Shown: positions 53,201 through 63,360, counted from the stretch's first letter. The stretch: DNA of 64,000 nt from a virus (IMGVR_UViG_3300033463_000073:1-64000), one strand, 5' to 3'. Numbers and translations are program-made. Notes: generated by a model from the letters alone, not told the origin.

Positions 53201-56200
53201 ACTTCCTTTGCTCCCTTTTTCCTTAATCTCGCAATCTCCTTGTCAAGACGCTGCATATCTTTCCATGCTTTGTCAGCAGCTGCATCAGCCTCTTCAAGCG
53301 TCTTCATGACAGTTTTGTTTTTGTCTGTGCTTATAGTAAGAGGTATAAAGATGCTCCACTGATTTGCGCTTGCAACCCAATTTCTCAGGTAGTTAAATGC
53401 TTCATCGTACGACATCTTGTGGCTCTTCGCATAATTAGTAACCATGCGTTTCACCCAATCCGCATATTTCCCTTCTTGGAAGTTCAATGACTCTATTTGT
53501 TTTGCGTTCATACCCCTGAACATTGCTGTCATTTCAGACAGGTGCTGTTCCTTGAGATATTTGGTAAAGCGCTCCCATTCAACTTTTTGGCGACCGTTAT
53601 AAAGATTCCAGTTGTTATATATCTCTGCCTCCTTCTCGTATTCTTTAGCTATCTCTTCTTTATGAAGGCTGTCTTTTTCAGCCATATATGCATTTCTAAG
53701 GTCTTGAAGCCTTATATATTGGGCTTCTTTTGCGGCCTTTGAACGTGCTTCTTCCATCTCAATCTGAAGCGTATACGCTTTTTCAGGGTCAAGTTGGTTC
53801 TGTTGTATGAGATTGTCGGTAATCTGTTTGAACGTTTCATTAACCTTGTTTACGTTTCCACTCCACCCTTGCGCGTTTATGAAGTTTAGAACAGACTCCT
53901 TTGTTGACTCAAGGTCTTCCCTGAACTTTCTAAGTTCATTTTCGTAATTGTCAAGCCATCGCTCAGCGTCGTCTTGGTATTTCTTGTCTATACCCAATGG
54001 AGCTCTGTCTTCTCCAGAAGCAGCTTTCCTTGCTTTTTCAATTGAACCATATTTCTCTTCAATCTTCCCAAGCCACATGTGGGCGTCTTTGAGATTCCCT
54101 ATCGTACCGTCAGGAAGAGTCCATAAGTTCCACCAACCAGACCAGTCTCTCTCTAATTTTATTGCACCATCTCCAAGCTCCTTTATTGCTGCTGACACAG
54201 ATTGTATGTCGTCAATGACAGCAAAACTTTGCCTCAGCCTTTCACTGATATTTTTTATCTGCAAAAGACTTCCGACATATTTGTCGCTTGCGTGAGAAGA
54301 AAGCTCTATCTGTTCTTTTACAGACTCCCAAGCCTTCTCTGCGTCGTCAACGTTAATGTTTTGAGGCGTTACAATGGTCTTTCCGTTGTTGTCTGTTATC
54401 GTCTGATAAAGGCTTTCTCGAAGCTCTTTATACTGCTCCTTGAATCTCTCCAAGTCATTATAGGTGTTTTTGGCGTTTTCTCGCAAAGTCTTGTTGAACT
54501 CTTTCATCGCCTCGTTCCCTCGAACAACTTCGACAATAGCAGCCCCAGCGGCAACAGCAAGAAGCCCCCACCATGTGGCGCCAGACGTCAAGACTGTGCT
54601 CATGGTTGTTCCAAGGTTGCGTAACACGTTTGAAAGCTTTGTCCCAAGAACGGTTTCAATCGCAATCGCTTTATTTGTCCCGAGAACCATTCCGTAGTAC
54701 GCAAGTTGAGCTGCCTTCAAGACGCCGAAGACGATTACAAGGTCTTCGACAGCTCTGTTAATGTCTTTCCATCTAAGGAAAAAGTCTTTAAGAAGGTTTA
54801 TACCTGTTGTAAGAACACCCTGCTCAGACTTTCCAATGTCGTTAAGCATATTGTTCCATGCAAGCGTCAGGTTGGCAAGACGTACTTTAAGAGTGTCAGC
54901 CATCTTTGCTTGGAAGTCAAAGAACTTACCGCCTTCGTCGGTCATCTTTGTTACAACAGACATAACATCGTTGAAGTCGATGGCTTTCTTCTTCATTCTG
55001 TCATATACATCACCGACGCTTACCATCTTTCCTTCAAGTTCAGTGTAGTACTTTGACAGCTCTCGGACGAGAGGAATACCAGCGTTTGCAAACATACGTG
55101 CATCTCGGCTGTTTAGATAGCCGTAAGCCTTAATCTGACCGAGTGCGTATGTCAGACGTTCCATCGGGACACCAACAGCAGAAGCCATGTCTGCAAGACG
55201 GCGTGTCGTGTCTACCACTTCGTTTGCCGCAATGTCGTATGCAGTCAGTTGCTTTGCTGCGTTTGACAGTTCTATCAAGGTGTATGGAGAAACGAGAGCC
55301 ATCTGAGACAACTCGTTGAATATCTGAGTTCCCCTCTCCGCAGAGTTGATGAGAATACCAAGCGCACGCTCGTTCATCTCGTACTGAGAACGTACTTCAA
55401 TCAAATTCTTGATAAACTGCGTTGAAGCTCCTACTGTAAAGTAGAACGCAAGACGATTCTTCATGTAGTTCCACGAGCGCCCAAGAGCGTTGTTTGAACC
55501 GACCATCTGCTGGTTCTTGTTCATGACTTCGTCCATCTTCTTCTTTAAGCGGTCATACTCGTCGTTGACTTGCTTGATTTCGTTCTTTTGCGAATCAACA
55601 TCAAGACCGCTTCTGTATGAAGCAAGTCTCTGCATCTTGTATGCAATATCGTCAAGAGTCTTTTCGGAAAGTCCTCCTTTGCCGTTTATCCCTATAATTG
55701 AGTCTAATGATATTGGTCTGGATGCGAGAGAGCGTATTTTTTGCATAGCGCGCTCAACTTCGTGTATGGATGCTATCAATGATTTGCCTTGGTCACTGTT
55801 TCTCTCTGCATTGCTGAGTCTGTAGTATGCCTGAGTTAGCTGCTTTAGCGTTTTGTCAAGGTTGTTGTATGATGCCGTCTCTGCATCCGCAAGCTTTACT
55901 TGGGACTGCTGCAGACCTAATACATGTGCTATTGACTGCCTTAAATCGTCGTATGAAGCAAACGTCTTCGGTTGTGAACGCTTGCTTTCTATATCTACAA
56001 CTTTTCTTTCTGTTTCAAGCCTTTCTCTTACACTTTCGTTCTGTTGCTTTTCCTGCTCAAGAATTTGCGACTTGCTTCTGTTCTCTGTCTCGTAGATTGC
56101 AACCAACTGCTCTTCTACGGAGCGTCTGTCGTTTGCGGACACCCATGTCATTGCACCAGTCTCGGCATTGAGCATCATTGCATACTCACCTTTCTGTTTC

Positions 56201-56994
56201 CACTCGGCGCTTTCCCTTATCGCCTGCGCTTGCTTTCGTATTGCCTCTGTGTAACGGTTTGCCGACGATGTGGCATTGTTCATGTCCGCATTACTGCGCT
56301 CGACAGACATTGAATTGCTTTTAATCTGTTCCCCAAGTTGCTTTAGTTCTGGGCTTACTTTTCCAATGCTATTGACGTAGTTCTGTATCGTATGACCTTG
56401 AGGCGCAATGACGTCACCCATCTGCTGCATAGCAGTTTGCATTGAACGAATTTGAGGAATAAGCGATTTGACTTCCTGCTCGTATTGGCGTACTCCAGAT
56501 GTGGCAAATTGATATAGCCCTTTATCGCCAGTTGTTGTCGCATGTGCGGCAAGAGCAATAAAAGACGAATATTGTTGACGTGCGTCACGTAGTTTTTCTC
56601 GTAGTAAGTCAAGGTTTGTCTGCATCATCTGCAGCGTATCTGCATTCCTGAAAGAGCTACTTGCACTACGAATTGCAACTTGCTGGGATTGTGCAGTATG
56701 GTCAAACGTCATCTTCTGTTCTTTGGCTGCTTGTGTCGTTTTCTTCGTTTGCTCTTCAAGTTCTCTCTGGTCGTTAATGACTTTTTTAGTCACTCCACCT
56801 GACGATGTGCCTCCAAAGTCAATCTTTACGTTTCCAAGTTCGCCAAGCTTCTTCTTCATCTGCTCGACAGCAGAGTCCATAGAACCTGCCATCTTGTTCG
56901 TTGCTTCTTCAACATGCTTGACAAGCTTGTCTATCGAGTTCTTTAAGTCTTGGTCGCTCAAAGACGCAGCTACTATCGTCGGGTTGTTTGCCAT
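50197..56994 (-). CDS. tail tape measure protein
   Basis: 2265 aa helical; tape-measure domain SPYTLIELSNAAKQLTAY...LTYALGQIKAYG. Confidence 0.92.
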   Translation of the reverse strand: MANNPTIVAASLSDQDLKNSIDKLVKHVEEATNKMAGSMDSAVEQMKKKLGELGNVKIDFGGTSSGGVTKKVINDQRELEEQTKKTTQAAKEQKMTFDHTAQSQQVAIRSASSSFRNADTLQMMQTNLDLLREKLRDARQQYSSFIALAAHATTTGDKGLYQFATSGVRQYEQEVKSLIPQIRSMQTAMQQMGDVIAPQGHTIQNYVNSIGKVSPELKQLGEQIKSNSMSVERSNADMNNATSSANRYTEAIRKQAQAIRESAEWKQKGEYAMMLNAETGAMTWVSANDRRSVEEQLVAIYETENRSKSQILEQEKQQNESVRERLETERKVVDIESKRSQPKTFASYDDLRQSIAHVLGLQQSQVKLADAETASYNNLDKTLKQLTQAYYRLSNAERNSDQGKSLIASIHEVERAMQKIRSLASRPISLDSIIGINGKGGLSEKTLDDIAYKMQRLASYRSGLDVDSQKNEIKQVNDEYDRLKKKMDEVMNKNQQMVGSNNALGRSWNYMKNRLAFYFTVGASTQFIKNLIEVRSQYEMNERALGILINSAERGTQIFNELSQMALVSPYTLIELSNAAKQLTAYDIAANEVVDTTRRLADMASAVGVPMERLTYALGQIKAYGYLNSRDARMFANAGIPLVRELSKYYTELEGKMVSVGDVYDRMKKKAIDFNDVMSVVTKMTDEGGKFFDFQAKMADTLKVRLANLTLAWNNMLNDIGKSEQGVLTTGINLLKDFFLRWKDINRAVEDLVIVFGVLKAAQLAYYGMVLGTNKAIAIETVLGTKLSNVLRNLGTTMSTVLTSGATWWGLLAVAAGAAIVEVVRGNEAMKEFNKTLRENAKNTYNDLERFKEQYKELRESLYQTITDNNGKTIVTPQNINVDDAEKAWESVKEQIELSSHASDKYVGSLLQIKNISERLRQSFAVIDDIQSVSAAIKELGDGAIKLERDWSGWWNLWTLPDGTIGNLKDAHMWLGKIEEKYGSIEKARKAASGEDRAPLGIDKKYQDDAERWLDNYENELRKFREDLESTKESVLNFINAQGWSGNVNKVNETFKQITDNLIQQNQLDPEKAYTLQIEMEEARSKAAKEAQYIRLQDLRNAYMAEKDSLHKEEIAKEYEKEAEIYNNWNLYNGRQKVEWERFTKYLKEQHLSEMTAMFRGMNAKQIESLNFQEGKYADWVKRMVTNYAKSHKMSYDEAFNYLRNWVASANQWSIFIPLTISTDKNKTVMKTLEEADAAADKAWKDMQRLDKEIARLRKKGAKEVDENNITASEDDQRLTKALKERAAAEKDYNKAVSDGGESKKENAANTKAQKQAESELQKALKEELQLIDKVRTQYKKLTDAGVSRAVAMKTVTEQFGDSIKHINAVLGKNGLPKFDIKSFAGTDNPHEMMVMLKKQIDSAKKVKNIKPEEIKDLEIKYSEIKVDAEAYDATKIKKGLDNELGRLKDEYELAVELDANPELGNMFADMFDIDLDTLPRTAKEYADRYTKSLNKYFKQMGDNIELPNMLNLTRDDMEAFTEQIGTGELQQAYFDLIQKGYEATQEARKKEATDAIKEYDKLLQKYAEYQYKLTQIAKDANNERKALVVKFGTEEQKEQSRKIASKIEMSDNPSDIEKLEKQLKSIVSQIADKNKVVLQIGVAIDKKELDEGAKASFEEFQKSPEWVVATGNLAGLTDSALKGLISSIEEYKNKAKYLSPKQIKDINKALRDLDKERKKNNPFAAFAISAANAKERMEAFDESIKEVEGEIDRLSSSQDSSNIEETGKKIMTLTDRLRKLKQARENAGDIDATEIVANIQGIAQVAGQAVGMINDMVNAMSGDNWSEAQEVMNDTFSIIDKGGQGAAIGAQVGGGWGALIGGVAGGVMGAITAFVDNGNKKITASIKESETAVKRLENAYKSLQYAIDEAYGTAKYGAEEAAIANKKLQLAELKRQLELSKSRTGKHRDEDEIESLKGQVIDLEQEISKATNDIVNDLLGISSVGSAAEEVVSAMIDAFRNGEDYMKSFGDTFSDMIDNMIMKSIVSKVIGQRMEQMFAEVDEMTKGRASGWQANIESISTQMKENEDRLAELEASRRYWEDFGRLFAPEGYIQWLREVESINRDNAELQKQLQEAQDAYSQALSVTPDDVNSIRERVDGWKDNVKSEFETWMEAFGISLGDKKESAQLSALQQGISGITETTAGAIEAYMNGVSQQVYLQSDYMRQIVEILTMQSALTDDAKVATLSQMLMQLQASYQTQEAIRGILEGWSSPNGLAVRVEMN

Positions 56995-57021
56995 ATCGCT
57001 ATTTCTTTTATAGAGTTAATA

Positions 57022-57387
57022 CTATTTGTTACGATGCACTGGAATCTCGTACTCTTCTCCAGCCTTGAGGTTCTTAGCTCCGAGACTCGTGTAGAAGTCC
57101 TCCAACTTGTTCTGCGCGTCCAACGCCTCCTTGTAGTTGTTCCAAGCTGCCTTGTCAGCTCCTTTCAAGTACTTCGTGTGCGTGTTGTCGACAGCCATGA
57201 ACTGTATCTGTGCGCACGACAGACGGTAGAGGTAGTCGTCTAGTCGGTACTGGGGGTAGGCTTTGATGAAGTCTGCTGCGTCCGCAATGACAGTGCTTCC
57301 ATAAACTGTGAGGCTGTCTCCATTGACTTCCTCTTGCGCATCAGCAGTGAATCCGTAAGCGTACTCACCGATTTTTTGAGTAAAAAA
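57022..57387 (-). CDS. tail assembly chaperone, -1 frameshift extension (gpT-like)
   Basis: ORF lacks a suitable ATG, overlaps the upstream chaperone in the -1 frame; T TTT TTA at 57381-57387. Confidence 0.65.
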   Translation of the reverse strand, partial: FFTQKIGEYAYGFTADAQEEVNGDSLTVYGSTVIADAADFIKAYPQYRLDDYLYRLSCAQIQFMAVDNTHTKYLKGADKAAWNNYKEALDAQNKLEDFYTSLGAKNLKAGEEYEIPVHRNK

Positions 57388-57860
57388 AAAGCACTCAAGT
57401 CGATGGACTGTATCGCTCCTAAGATTATTGCTGCCCACTGGTTTGCGTCGAACGTCGAGTTCATGACTTTCGTCTTCATCTGTCTTATCATCCTGTCGTT
57501 CTTCTCGTCAGCATTCTCTCTGTCTGGCGTGAAGCGATGGTTGCAGAGAATGACTGCCATTATCTCGCACATGGCGTCCAAATCAGTGCATAGCGCTGTG
57601 ATTACCTTGTTGTCGTCGTCAAGCGTCTCGTCTGCTTTTCTCATATCTGTCACGAGTCTGCAGATTCGGAACACTGAATAGTATCGCATATCCTTTACTC
57701 TGTACTCTTTGTCTCCAAGCTTCACGAGCGACGGAGAATCGTTGATGATGTCTACGATGTTTTGCTTGACTTCAACGGAGAACTCTGGCAACGAGAACTC
57801 TTCCTCGTCCTCTTTCTTCTCTTCTGCCTTCTTCTTGTTGTCGAACTTATTCTTCTTCAT
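57240..57860 (-). CDS. tail assembly chaperone (gpG-like)
   Basis: Located between the major tail and tape measure genes. Confidence 0.75.
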   Translation of the reverse strand: MKKNKFDNKKKAEEKKEDEEEFSLPEFSVEVKQNIVDIINDSPSLVKLGDKEYRVKDMRYYSVFRICRLVTDMRKADETLDDDNKVITALCTDLDAMCEIMAVILCNHRFTPDRENADEKNDRMIRQMKTKVMNSTFDANQWAAIILGAIQSIDLSAFFLLKKSVSTLTDSLLMRKRKSMETASQFMEALSLRTQQTSSKPTPSTD

Positions 57861-57997
57861 TCTTCTGTGTTTCGTTTGCGTTTCTTTTTAATGCCTGCTC
57901 TGTATTCGATAATATGGGGATGCGCTATCGGGATGAACCCTCTCAACGCACCCCCGCGCTTACGAAAACAGAGAATTACCTCTTTCTTGTATCAAGA

Positions 57998-58522
57998 TTA
58001 TGCAGACGGAGTGTCGCCGATAATCTTGTACATGTGGTCGACGTTCGGAGTAACCGTGGTGTCGGTGTACACGAGCGAGGTGATGGTCACACTGAAGTTC
58101 AGAGCGCCGTCTGCGTCCTTCTTCAGAGTGCCGACAGTCAGACCCTTGTAGATAACCAGAGAGCCGAAGCCGCGTCCGAAGTCGAGCTTCCACTCGTACT
58201 CCTTCGTGGTGGCTGCAGTAGCACCCTCGTAGACCTCTGCAGTAGTACCTGCAGTACCAGAGGTGTAAGAACCGCCGAACAGTTCGTCCAGCTCGTTCAA
58301 GTCGTAGTTTGCGAGCTCGAATGTCATCGTCACAGGCTTGCCCTGATAGATGATGTCGAACGGAGAGTCGTAGAACTCGGCCTCAATCTCAGTAGAGTCG
58401 GGCTCGTCCTGAGCAATAGCAAGACCCTTGAGAACACCCATAACCTTTGTGTAGTCGCCAGTGCCAGCGCCAACTGTGCGATAGCCTAAGCTAATCGGCT
58501 TCAAAGTTGTTTTCTTTGCCAT
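57998..58522 (-). CDS. major tail (tube) protein
   Basis: 174 aa, G/T-rich, strong codon bias, canonical position. Confidence 0.75.
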   Translation of the reverse strand: MAKKTTLKPISLGYRTVGAGTGDYTKVMGVLKGLAIAQDEPDSTEIEAEFYDSPFDIIYQGKPVTMTFELANYDLNELDELFGGSYTSGTAGTTAEVYEGATAATTKEYEWKLDFGRGFGSLVIYKGLTVGTLKKDADGALNFSVTITSLVYTDTTVTPNVDHMYKIIGDTPSA

Positions 58523-58541
58523 AATTTTACCCTTTCTTTAA

Positions 58542-59042
58542 TTAGTTATTATTACTGTTGTTGTTGTCTGTATTTTCGGAATCGTCAGAGCTTTCGCTGC
58601 TGGCGTCTTCTTCAACGTCTATGGTGACTATGAACGACTTTACAAACACGTTGTACTGGTTGCCCTTGTTCGTGTCCTCGTCGTCGTCCATTGAGAGGAT
58701 GCTGTCGGCTTGTATTGCGTATGAGTAAGATGTAGGACTGTCAATCTCCGAGCGTATGGCTGCATTGATGCCGTCTTCGAATGCTTTGTACTTGTCCCTG
58801 TCGAGTCTTCCCCTGCTCTTCTGAGGTACGTATGCCGTAACGTAGCACCGAACCCATCCGAAGGCTTGGAGGTCGAACTCCGACTCGTCCCTGATGCTGC
58901 CGACTTCTATGACAATGAAGCCATTGCTCGTATCGTCAGCCGTGTTGTCGGTAGGGACGCGCATCGGATAGATGTTATTCGTCACACCACTGAACAGCGG
59001 CTTCAGATAATCGTATATGGCAATTCTTGACTCTTCAACCAT
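58542..59042 (-). CDS. putative tail terminator
   Basis: Positional; acidic. Confidence 0.55.
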   Translation of the reverse strand: MVEESRIAIYDYLKPLFSGVTNNIYPMRVPTDNTADDTSNGFIVIEVGSIRDESEFDLQAFGWVRCYVTAYVPQKSRGRLDRDKYKAFEDGINAAIRSEIDSPTSYSYAIQADSILSMDDDEDTNKGNQYNVFVKSFIVTIDVEEDASSESSDDSENTDNNNSNNN

Positions 59043-59045
59043 AAT

Positions 59046-59801
59046 CTATCGTATTAAACCAATCTTCTTGACTCCACGTCTATTCTTATACTTCTTTCCC
59101 TTTGCGCTGCGTGCGCTGTGAGAATACTTCGGTACGTAAACTGTAAGATGAGTCTCCGATGGTTTTAAAGCCATCCTTACGTCGTCAAAAATATGCGTCA
59201 TCACTTGGAACTGCATAAAGCGAGTCATTCGAGGTGCATTGGACACTCTGTTACCGTTTTCATCTGTCGCATCGCTTCCAGTGCGCATTGTGAAACCGCT
59301 TTCCCAATATCCCCAATAAGGAGCAAGTATTGCGAAGAATACAGTCCACTTGTTACGCTTTCCATGTTTTGACAACAGAAACTCTTCTGCGAATTTCCTA
59401 CCGTCAACAGGGATACTGTCGTTCGTGAAGAACTCATGCAACGAAGAACCATGCCCTCCTTGAAATCCCATGCCTCTGACTTGACCCCAACGATTGTACG
59501 TTATGTTTGTACGTTCAGAGCGATAGAATCCGCATTCAGACATCCTTCCGTCGTACGTTACTCCCCAACACAGAGAATTGAGTAAGTTTCCTGTTCTGTC
59601 CATGTGGTTTGCACTGTTGTACGTTTGAATCATGTCTCCGAGCTTCTTGATTTCAGTCTTGGCATATTCAATGAGCCTTGCAGTCTGCTCTCCGACCCAA
59701 TAGTCAGTGAGCTCTTTCTGCAGCTGCTTCGTGTAAGCACCCAATCCTATGACCTTCGACTTCTTCATGCTAATCCCAGTCTTTGCGTGTACAATATACA
59801 C
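59046..59801 (-). CDS. putative neck/tail-completion protein (HK97 gp10-like)
   Basis: DRTGNLLNSL, APYWGYWESG; positional. Confidence 0.6.
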   Translation of the reverse strand: MYIVHAKTGISMKKSKVIGLGAYTKQLQKELTDYWVGEQTARLIEYAKTEIKKLGDMIQTYNSANHMDRTGNLLNSLCWGVTYDGRMSECGFYRSERTNITYNRWGQVRGMGFQGGHGSSLHEFFTNDSIPVDGRKFAEEFLLSKHGKRNKWTVFFAILAPYWGYWESGFTMRTGSDATDENGNRVSNAPRMTRFMQFQVMTHIFDDVRMALKPSETHLTVYVPKYSHSARSAKGKKYKNRRGVKKIGLIR

Positions 59802-60108
59802 TTATTCCCATCAGCTGAGAAGGTTCTGCGTTGTCCACCGTAAAGTTCAGCTCTTCGCCATAACGCGTCAAAGAAACGCTGTCTCCCTTTCGAGGAACGA
59901 TGTAATCGCCCTCGTCATCTTTTGTGAGAGGTATGGATATGATGTAAGACGCAGTCTGCAGAATCCTGCCCTCGTCGTCACTGACCATGTGCTCGTCCAT
60001 GACGCCCTCGTAGACAGTCAGCTCTTCGTCATCATTGTCACCATGCCCCTCGACGATTCGCGTGATGACGCCCTCGTACGGGTATTCAACAATCTCTTCT
60101 CTCGTCAT
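59770..60108 (-). CDS. putative head closure protein
   Basis: Positional, beta-rich, 112 aa. Confidence 0.55.
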   Translation of the reverse strand: MTREEIVEYPYEGVITRIVEGHGDNDDEELTVYEGVMDEHMVSDDEGRILQTASYIISIPLTKDDEGDYIVPRKGDSVSLTRYGEELNFTVDNAEPSQLMGISVYCTRKDWD

Positions 60109-60491
60109 AAGCTTACAACGTCCTCAATGGGGATGAAGCGAATCTTCTTCTGCATATTCTCAAGCACTTCAGCCCTCTCGTCACCATAAAGGTTGTAGAT
60201 TCCTATCGCGTACTTAATCTTGTCGTCTTGGTAGAAGTCCTGCTCACTTCCGACTGTCTTCTGATAGCCGTTGTGAGACTGTTGCAAGGATGAGGTATTA
60301 GAGGGGCTCAGCAGCACTGCGGCGAAGATGATGTCTGCAGTCATTAGTTCTTTCAGACGCTTCGTCACCTTTGTGTCGTCGTATGCGTCATCCTCTGGGT
60401 CTACACCTCTGTCAAGTGCAATCTTTATAAAGTTGCTCTCATCGAAACGTGTGTAAGTCGTCGATGCTTTGAGCCATTCTAATACCGTCAT
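60105..60491 (-). CDS. putative head-tail adaptor
   Basis: Helical, 128 aa, directly after the capsid gene. Confidence 0.55.
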   Translation of the reverse strand: MTVLEWLKASTTYTRFDESNFIKIALDRGVDPEDDAYDDTKVTKRLKELMTADIIFAAVLLSPSNTSSLQQSHNGYQKTVGSEQDFYQDDKIKYAIGIYNLYGDERAEVLENMQKKIRFIPIEDVVSL

Positions 60492-60537
60492 CTCTCAATC
60501 AACTTAATAAAACTAAACTACCTATGAAGATATTTTA

Positions 60538-61818
60538 CTAGTCGGCCTGTGTCGTGTCAACGCAGACATGGTACATCGACTCGTCGAGCACGGTGGCGTA
60601 ACGACCGATGACGTCCGTGTGGTATGCCTTGAGCATGCCGTTTGGAACGACCTTGTTGATGACATAGAGGAATCCCTGCGTCTTTGCCACGGAAGCCTGA
60701 ATGGTGTTGTTAATCTCACCGCTCTGGATGAGGTCGACATCAGCGGGCTTTGCGTGAACGATGACGCCAGCCATGCCGAGAGGACGCAGAACGGCGACAC
60801 CAGCCTTCCAACCCTTGACGGTGTGGTAGGTTGTGATGCCCTGTACGGTCTGCTGCTCGCGGACGATGTGGATGGGCGCAATCTTCGAGATAGGCGAACG
60901 GCTGTACTCGACAAGCTGCTGATAGGTGATGCTGTCGACGGTAGTGCTCGACTGACCGCTTGTGACAACGATGACCTTGTCGGGGGCATAGAGCGAGATG
61001 TAGCGGTTCACTTCCTTGATGAATGCTGTGTTCTTCAGAAGAACGTTAATCAGCATGTCCCAAGTGATGTCCCACTGGAAGCTTACGCTGTCGGGAATCT
61101 GGTTGGCAAGACGGAAGTCAATCTCAATCTTGCGCATCTGCTCTGGGATGTCGCAGTCAGCAGCAGTCCAGACCTTCGTTCCTGCAGTCTTGAAGTTTGC
61201 AGAAGGAATGTAAGCAGCCTGCGAAGTGACGACGCCGCTGAAGCCTTGTGTGGTGGCAGTGCCGCCAGCGATGTTGGTCAGGGCGATGGTGTTACCATAC
61301 TGACCGCCGCGAGACAGAGTCATTGCAGCCATGTTGGATGCGGTAAGCATGTGAGACTTGATGAGGTCTGCAACACCACGTACCCAACCCTCTACCAAAG
61401 ACTGGTCTGGGCCGAGTTCCTCAAGGCGAGCCTGAAGCTCCATCTTTGACATAGAAGTCTCGAACAAGCCCTTACCATACTGGTAGATGGAGCCAGTCTT
61501 AACCTCGTAGCCCTCAGCGTCGAGCTGCATGGTCTCGGACAGGGGAGCCATCGCGTCGGCCATAGGAACGGTGCGCTGAATCTTCTGACGTACAGACCAA
61601 GCGGGGTTCTGCTTCAGCTGTCCGCGCTCAATCTGATACTCCATGCCCTCTACACGGAAGCACTCCTGCCAGAAGAACTGATTCTCGTCGAGTTCGATGG
61701 TCTTGTCAATAAGGGTCTGCAAAAAGCCCTGATTACTGCCACCACCTAAGAAACCTCTCTGATAAAGCTTCTCGATAGCCTCATCGGAAGTCCACTGAAA
61801 TTTTAGTGCATTTGCCAT
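60538..61818 (-). CDS. major capsid protein
   Basis: 426 aa, strong codon bias; after scaffold/decoration genes and before neck genes. Confidence 0.8.
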   Translation of the reverse strand: MANALKFQWTSDEAIEKLYQRGFLGGGSNQGFLQTLIDKTIELDENQFFWQECFRVEGMEYQIERGQLKQNPAWSVRQKIQRTVPMADAMAPLSETMQLDAEGYEVKTGSIYQYGKGLFETSMSKMELQARLEELGPDQSLVEGWVRGVADLIKSHMLTASNMAAMTLSRGGQYGNTIALTNIAGGTATTQGFSGVVTSQAAYIPSANFKTAGTKVWTAADCDIPEQMRKIEIDFRLANQIPDSVSFQWDITWDMLINVLLKNTAFIKEVNRYISLYAPDKVIVVTSGQSSTTVDSITYQQLVEYSRSPISKIAPIHIVREQQTVQGITTYHTVKGWKAGVAVLRPLGMAGVIVHAKPADVDLIQSGEINNTIQASVAKTQGFLYVINKVVPNGMLKAYHTDVIGRYATVLDESMYHVCVDTTQAD

Positions 61819-61836
61819 AATCTGTTCCTCCTTCTT

Positions 61837-62640
61837 TTAAATCCAGAAAATGCCGTCGATGTATGACTTGTTCTTTGCAAGAACGTAGTCGGGCAGTGGC
61901 TGCATGCGAGCAATCCAAGCCTGCTTGTTGTAAACGGCTGACATAGAATAGTTGGCTGTACCAGTGATGCCGTATCCCTCAGTCGGAAGCAAATCGCGGT
62001 CTGCTTCAACGAAAGTGTTGGGATTTGGAACGAGAACCTTACAAGAACCCGTTGGCTCTGCAAGTGCTGCGTCAGCAGCTGCGTCACCCTCAACCAGAAT
62101 GGTATCGGTTGTGATGGCTGCACCAAGAGCGTTCTCAAGCGTCAGCTGGAACTTCTTGTTTGTTTCATCAAACACCACTGCTGTCACCTTTGCATAAGTG
62201 CCAGTGTAGTCAGAGATGTCGCCAGTAGTCACAGTGAACGTAGCATCTGCAAGGTCTACCTTGCTGTCTGCAACATCCAACTCGCTCGTTGAAGCGACAG
62301 AGATGGCTCCACCAGACTTCAGTGTCTTCGGGGCAATCATCAGATACATTCCGACCTCTGGAGCATCGCTATAGCCGTCGCCTTCCACGTAGATTGTGGT
62401 AGCGTTGTTGGCAGCGTTTGCCTGAACCTTGAACGAGCGGAAGATGAGACAACCCTGAGCGGGAGTGTACTGCACCAACTGAGCTGCATACAAGTGGTCG
62501 AAGCCCTTCTTGGGATTCAGGATTGTGCCTCCGAGCAATACGTTGCCGCGCTGCTCACCGTTACCATCCTTGACCCATACCCATTTGCCGCCACGTACCT
62601 TGTGTGACGACTCATAGAAATAAGCTAAGTTTGTTACCAT
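61837..62640 (-). CDS. putative capsid decoration/cement protein
   Basis: 267 aa, Ala/Thr-rich, between scaffold and capsid genes. Confidence 0.6.
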   Translation of the reverse strand: MVTNLAYFYESSHKVRGGKWVWVKDGNGEQRGNVLLGGTILNPKKGFDHLYAAQLVQYTPAQGCLIFRSFKVQANAANNATTIYVEGDGYSDAPEVGMYLMIAPKTLKSGGAISVASTSELDVADSKVDLADATFTVTTGDISDYTGTYAKVTAVVFDETNKKFQLTLENALGAAITTDTILVEGDAAADAALAEPTGSCKVLVPNPNTFVEADRDLLPTEGYGITGTANYSMSAVYNKQAWIARMQPLPDYVLAKNKSYIDGIFWI

Positions 62641-62671
62641 AATTCTGTTACTTTTTTAGTTATTAAATCCA

Positions 62672-63313
62672 TTACTGAACTTTTACTTTTGGAATGGAGT
62701 CTATGAACTCGTCTTCTTGCTTCTGGACTTGCTTCGGCGCAAGCGGCTTGATGTCGCCAATCTTGCTCTTGAAGATTTCCTGAAAGCGCGAGTGCAATCT
62801 CTTTGCTTGTTCATCGACTGCGACATCGTCCTTGACTTCATAGTCTTTCACGAAAATATCGAAATCGCTCAGACAGTCATCTCGGATGTCTTTCTTTGCC
62901 AACGCCACGATTTCGTTGAACTTATTCTTCTTTGCTTCTTCGTTCTTGAACTTCTGAAGCTCAGCAAGCTGGTTCTTCACGTCTTCTGGCAGCTCGAACT
63001 GCTGTTGCTGCTGTTGCTGCCCTGGGTCGGCGATTTTCTTGTTCAACTCTGCAATCTGATTCTTGTAGTCGCTCTCTTTCGACTCGAACTCCTTCTGCTG
63101 TGCAGCACGTACCTTCGCTGATGCGCTCCTCGCTGTGTCAAGGTTGAACTTGATTTCGTCAATGATGCCTTCGTCGTCGATGCCTGCTGCTTCGTGCTTC
63201 TTTGCGAAGAACTCAGCAAACTTGTCCTTAAAATCATCTGTCAAAGTCTCGCTGTCGTAGCTTCTCTCGCTACAGTAAGTGTTTGCTCTCTGCAAAACCT
63301 CTTCTTTTGTCAT
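62672..63313 (-). CDS. putative capsid scaffolding protein
   Basis: Charged helical protein with poly-Q linker; first gene of the head operon. Confidence 0.65.
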   Translation of the reverse strand: MTKEEVLQRANTYCSERSYDSETLTDDFKDKFAEFFAKKHEAAGIDDEGIIDEIKFNLDTARSASAKVRAAQQKEFESKESDYKNQIAELNKKIADPGQQQQQQQFELPEDVKNQLAELQKFKNEEAKKNKFNEIVALAKKDIRDDCLSDFDIFVKDYEVKDDVAVDEQAKRLHSRFQEIFKSKIGDIKPLAPKQVQKQEDEFIDSIPKVKVQ

Positions 63314-63360
63314 AATAGTTCTCTCCTATATTTGATTTGTCGAACACGATTGTTCGGATG

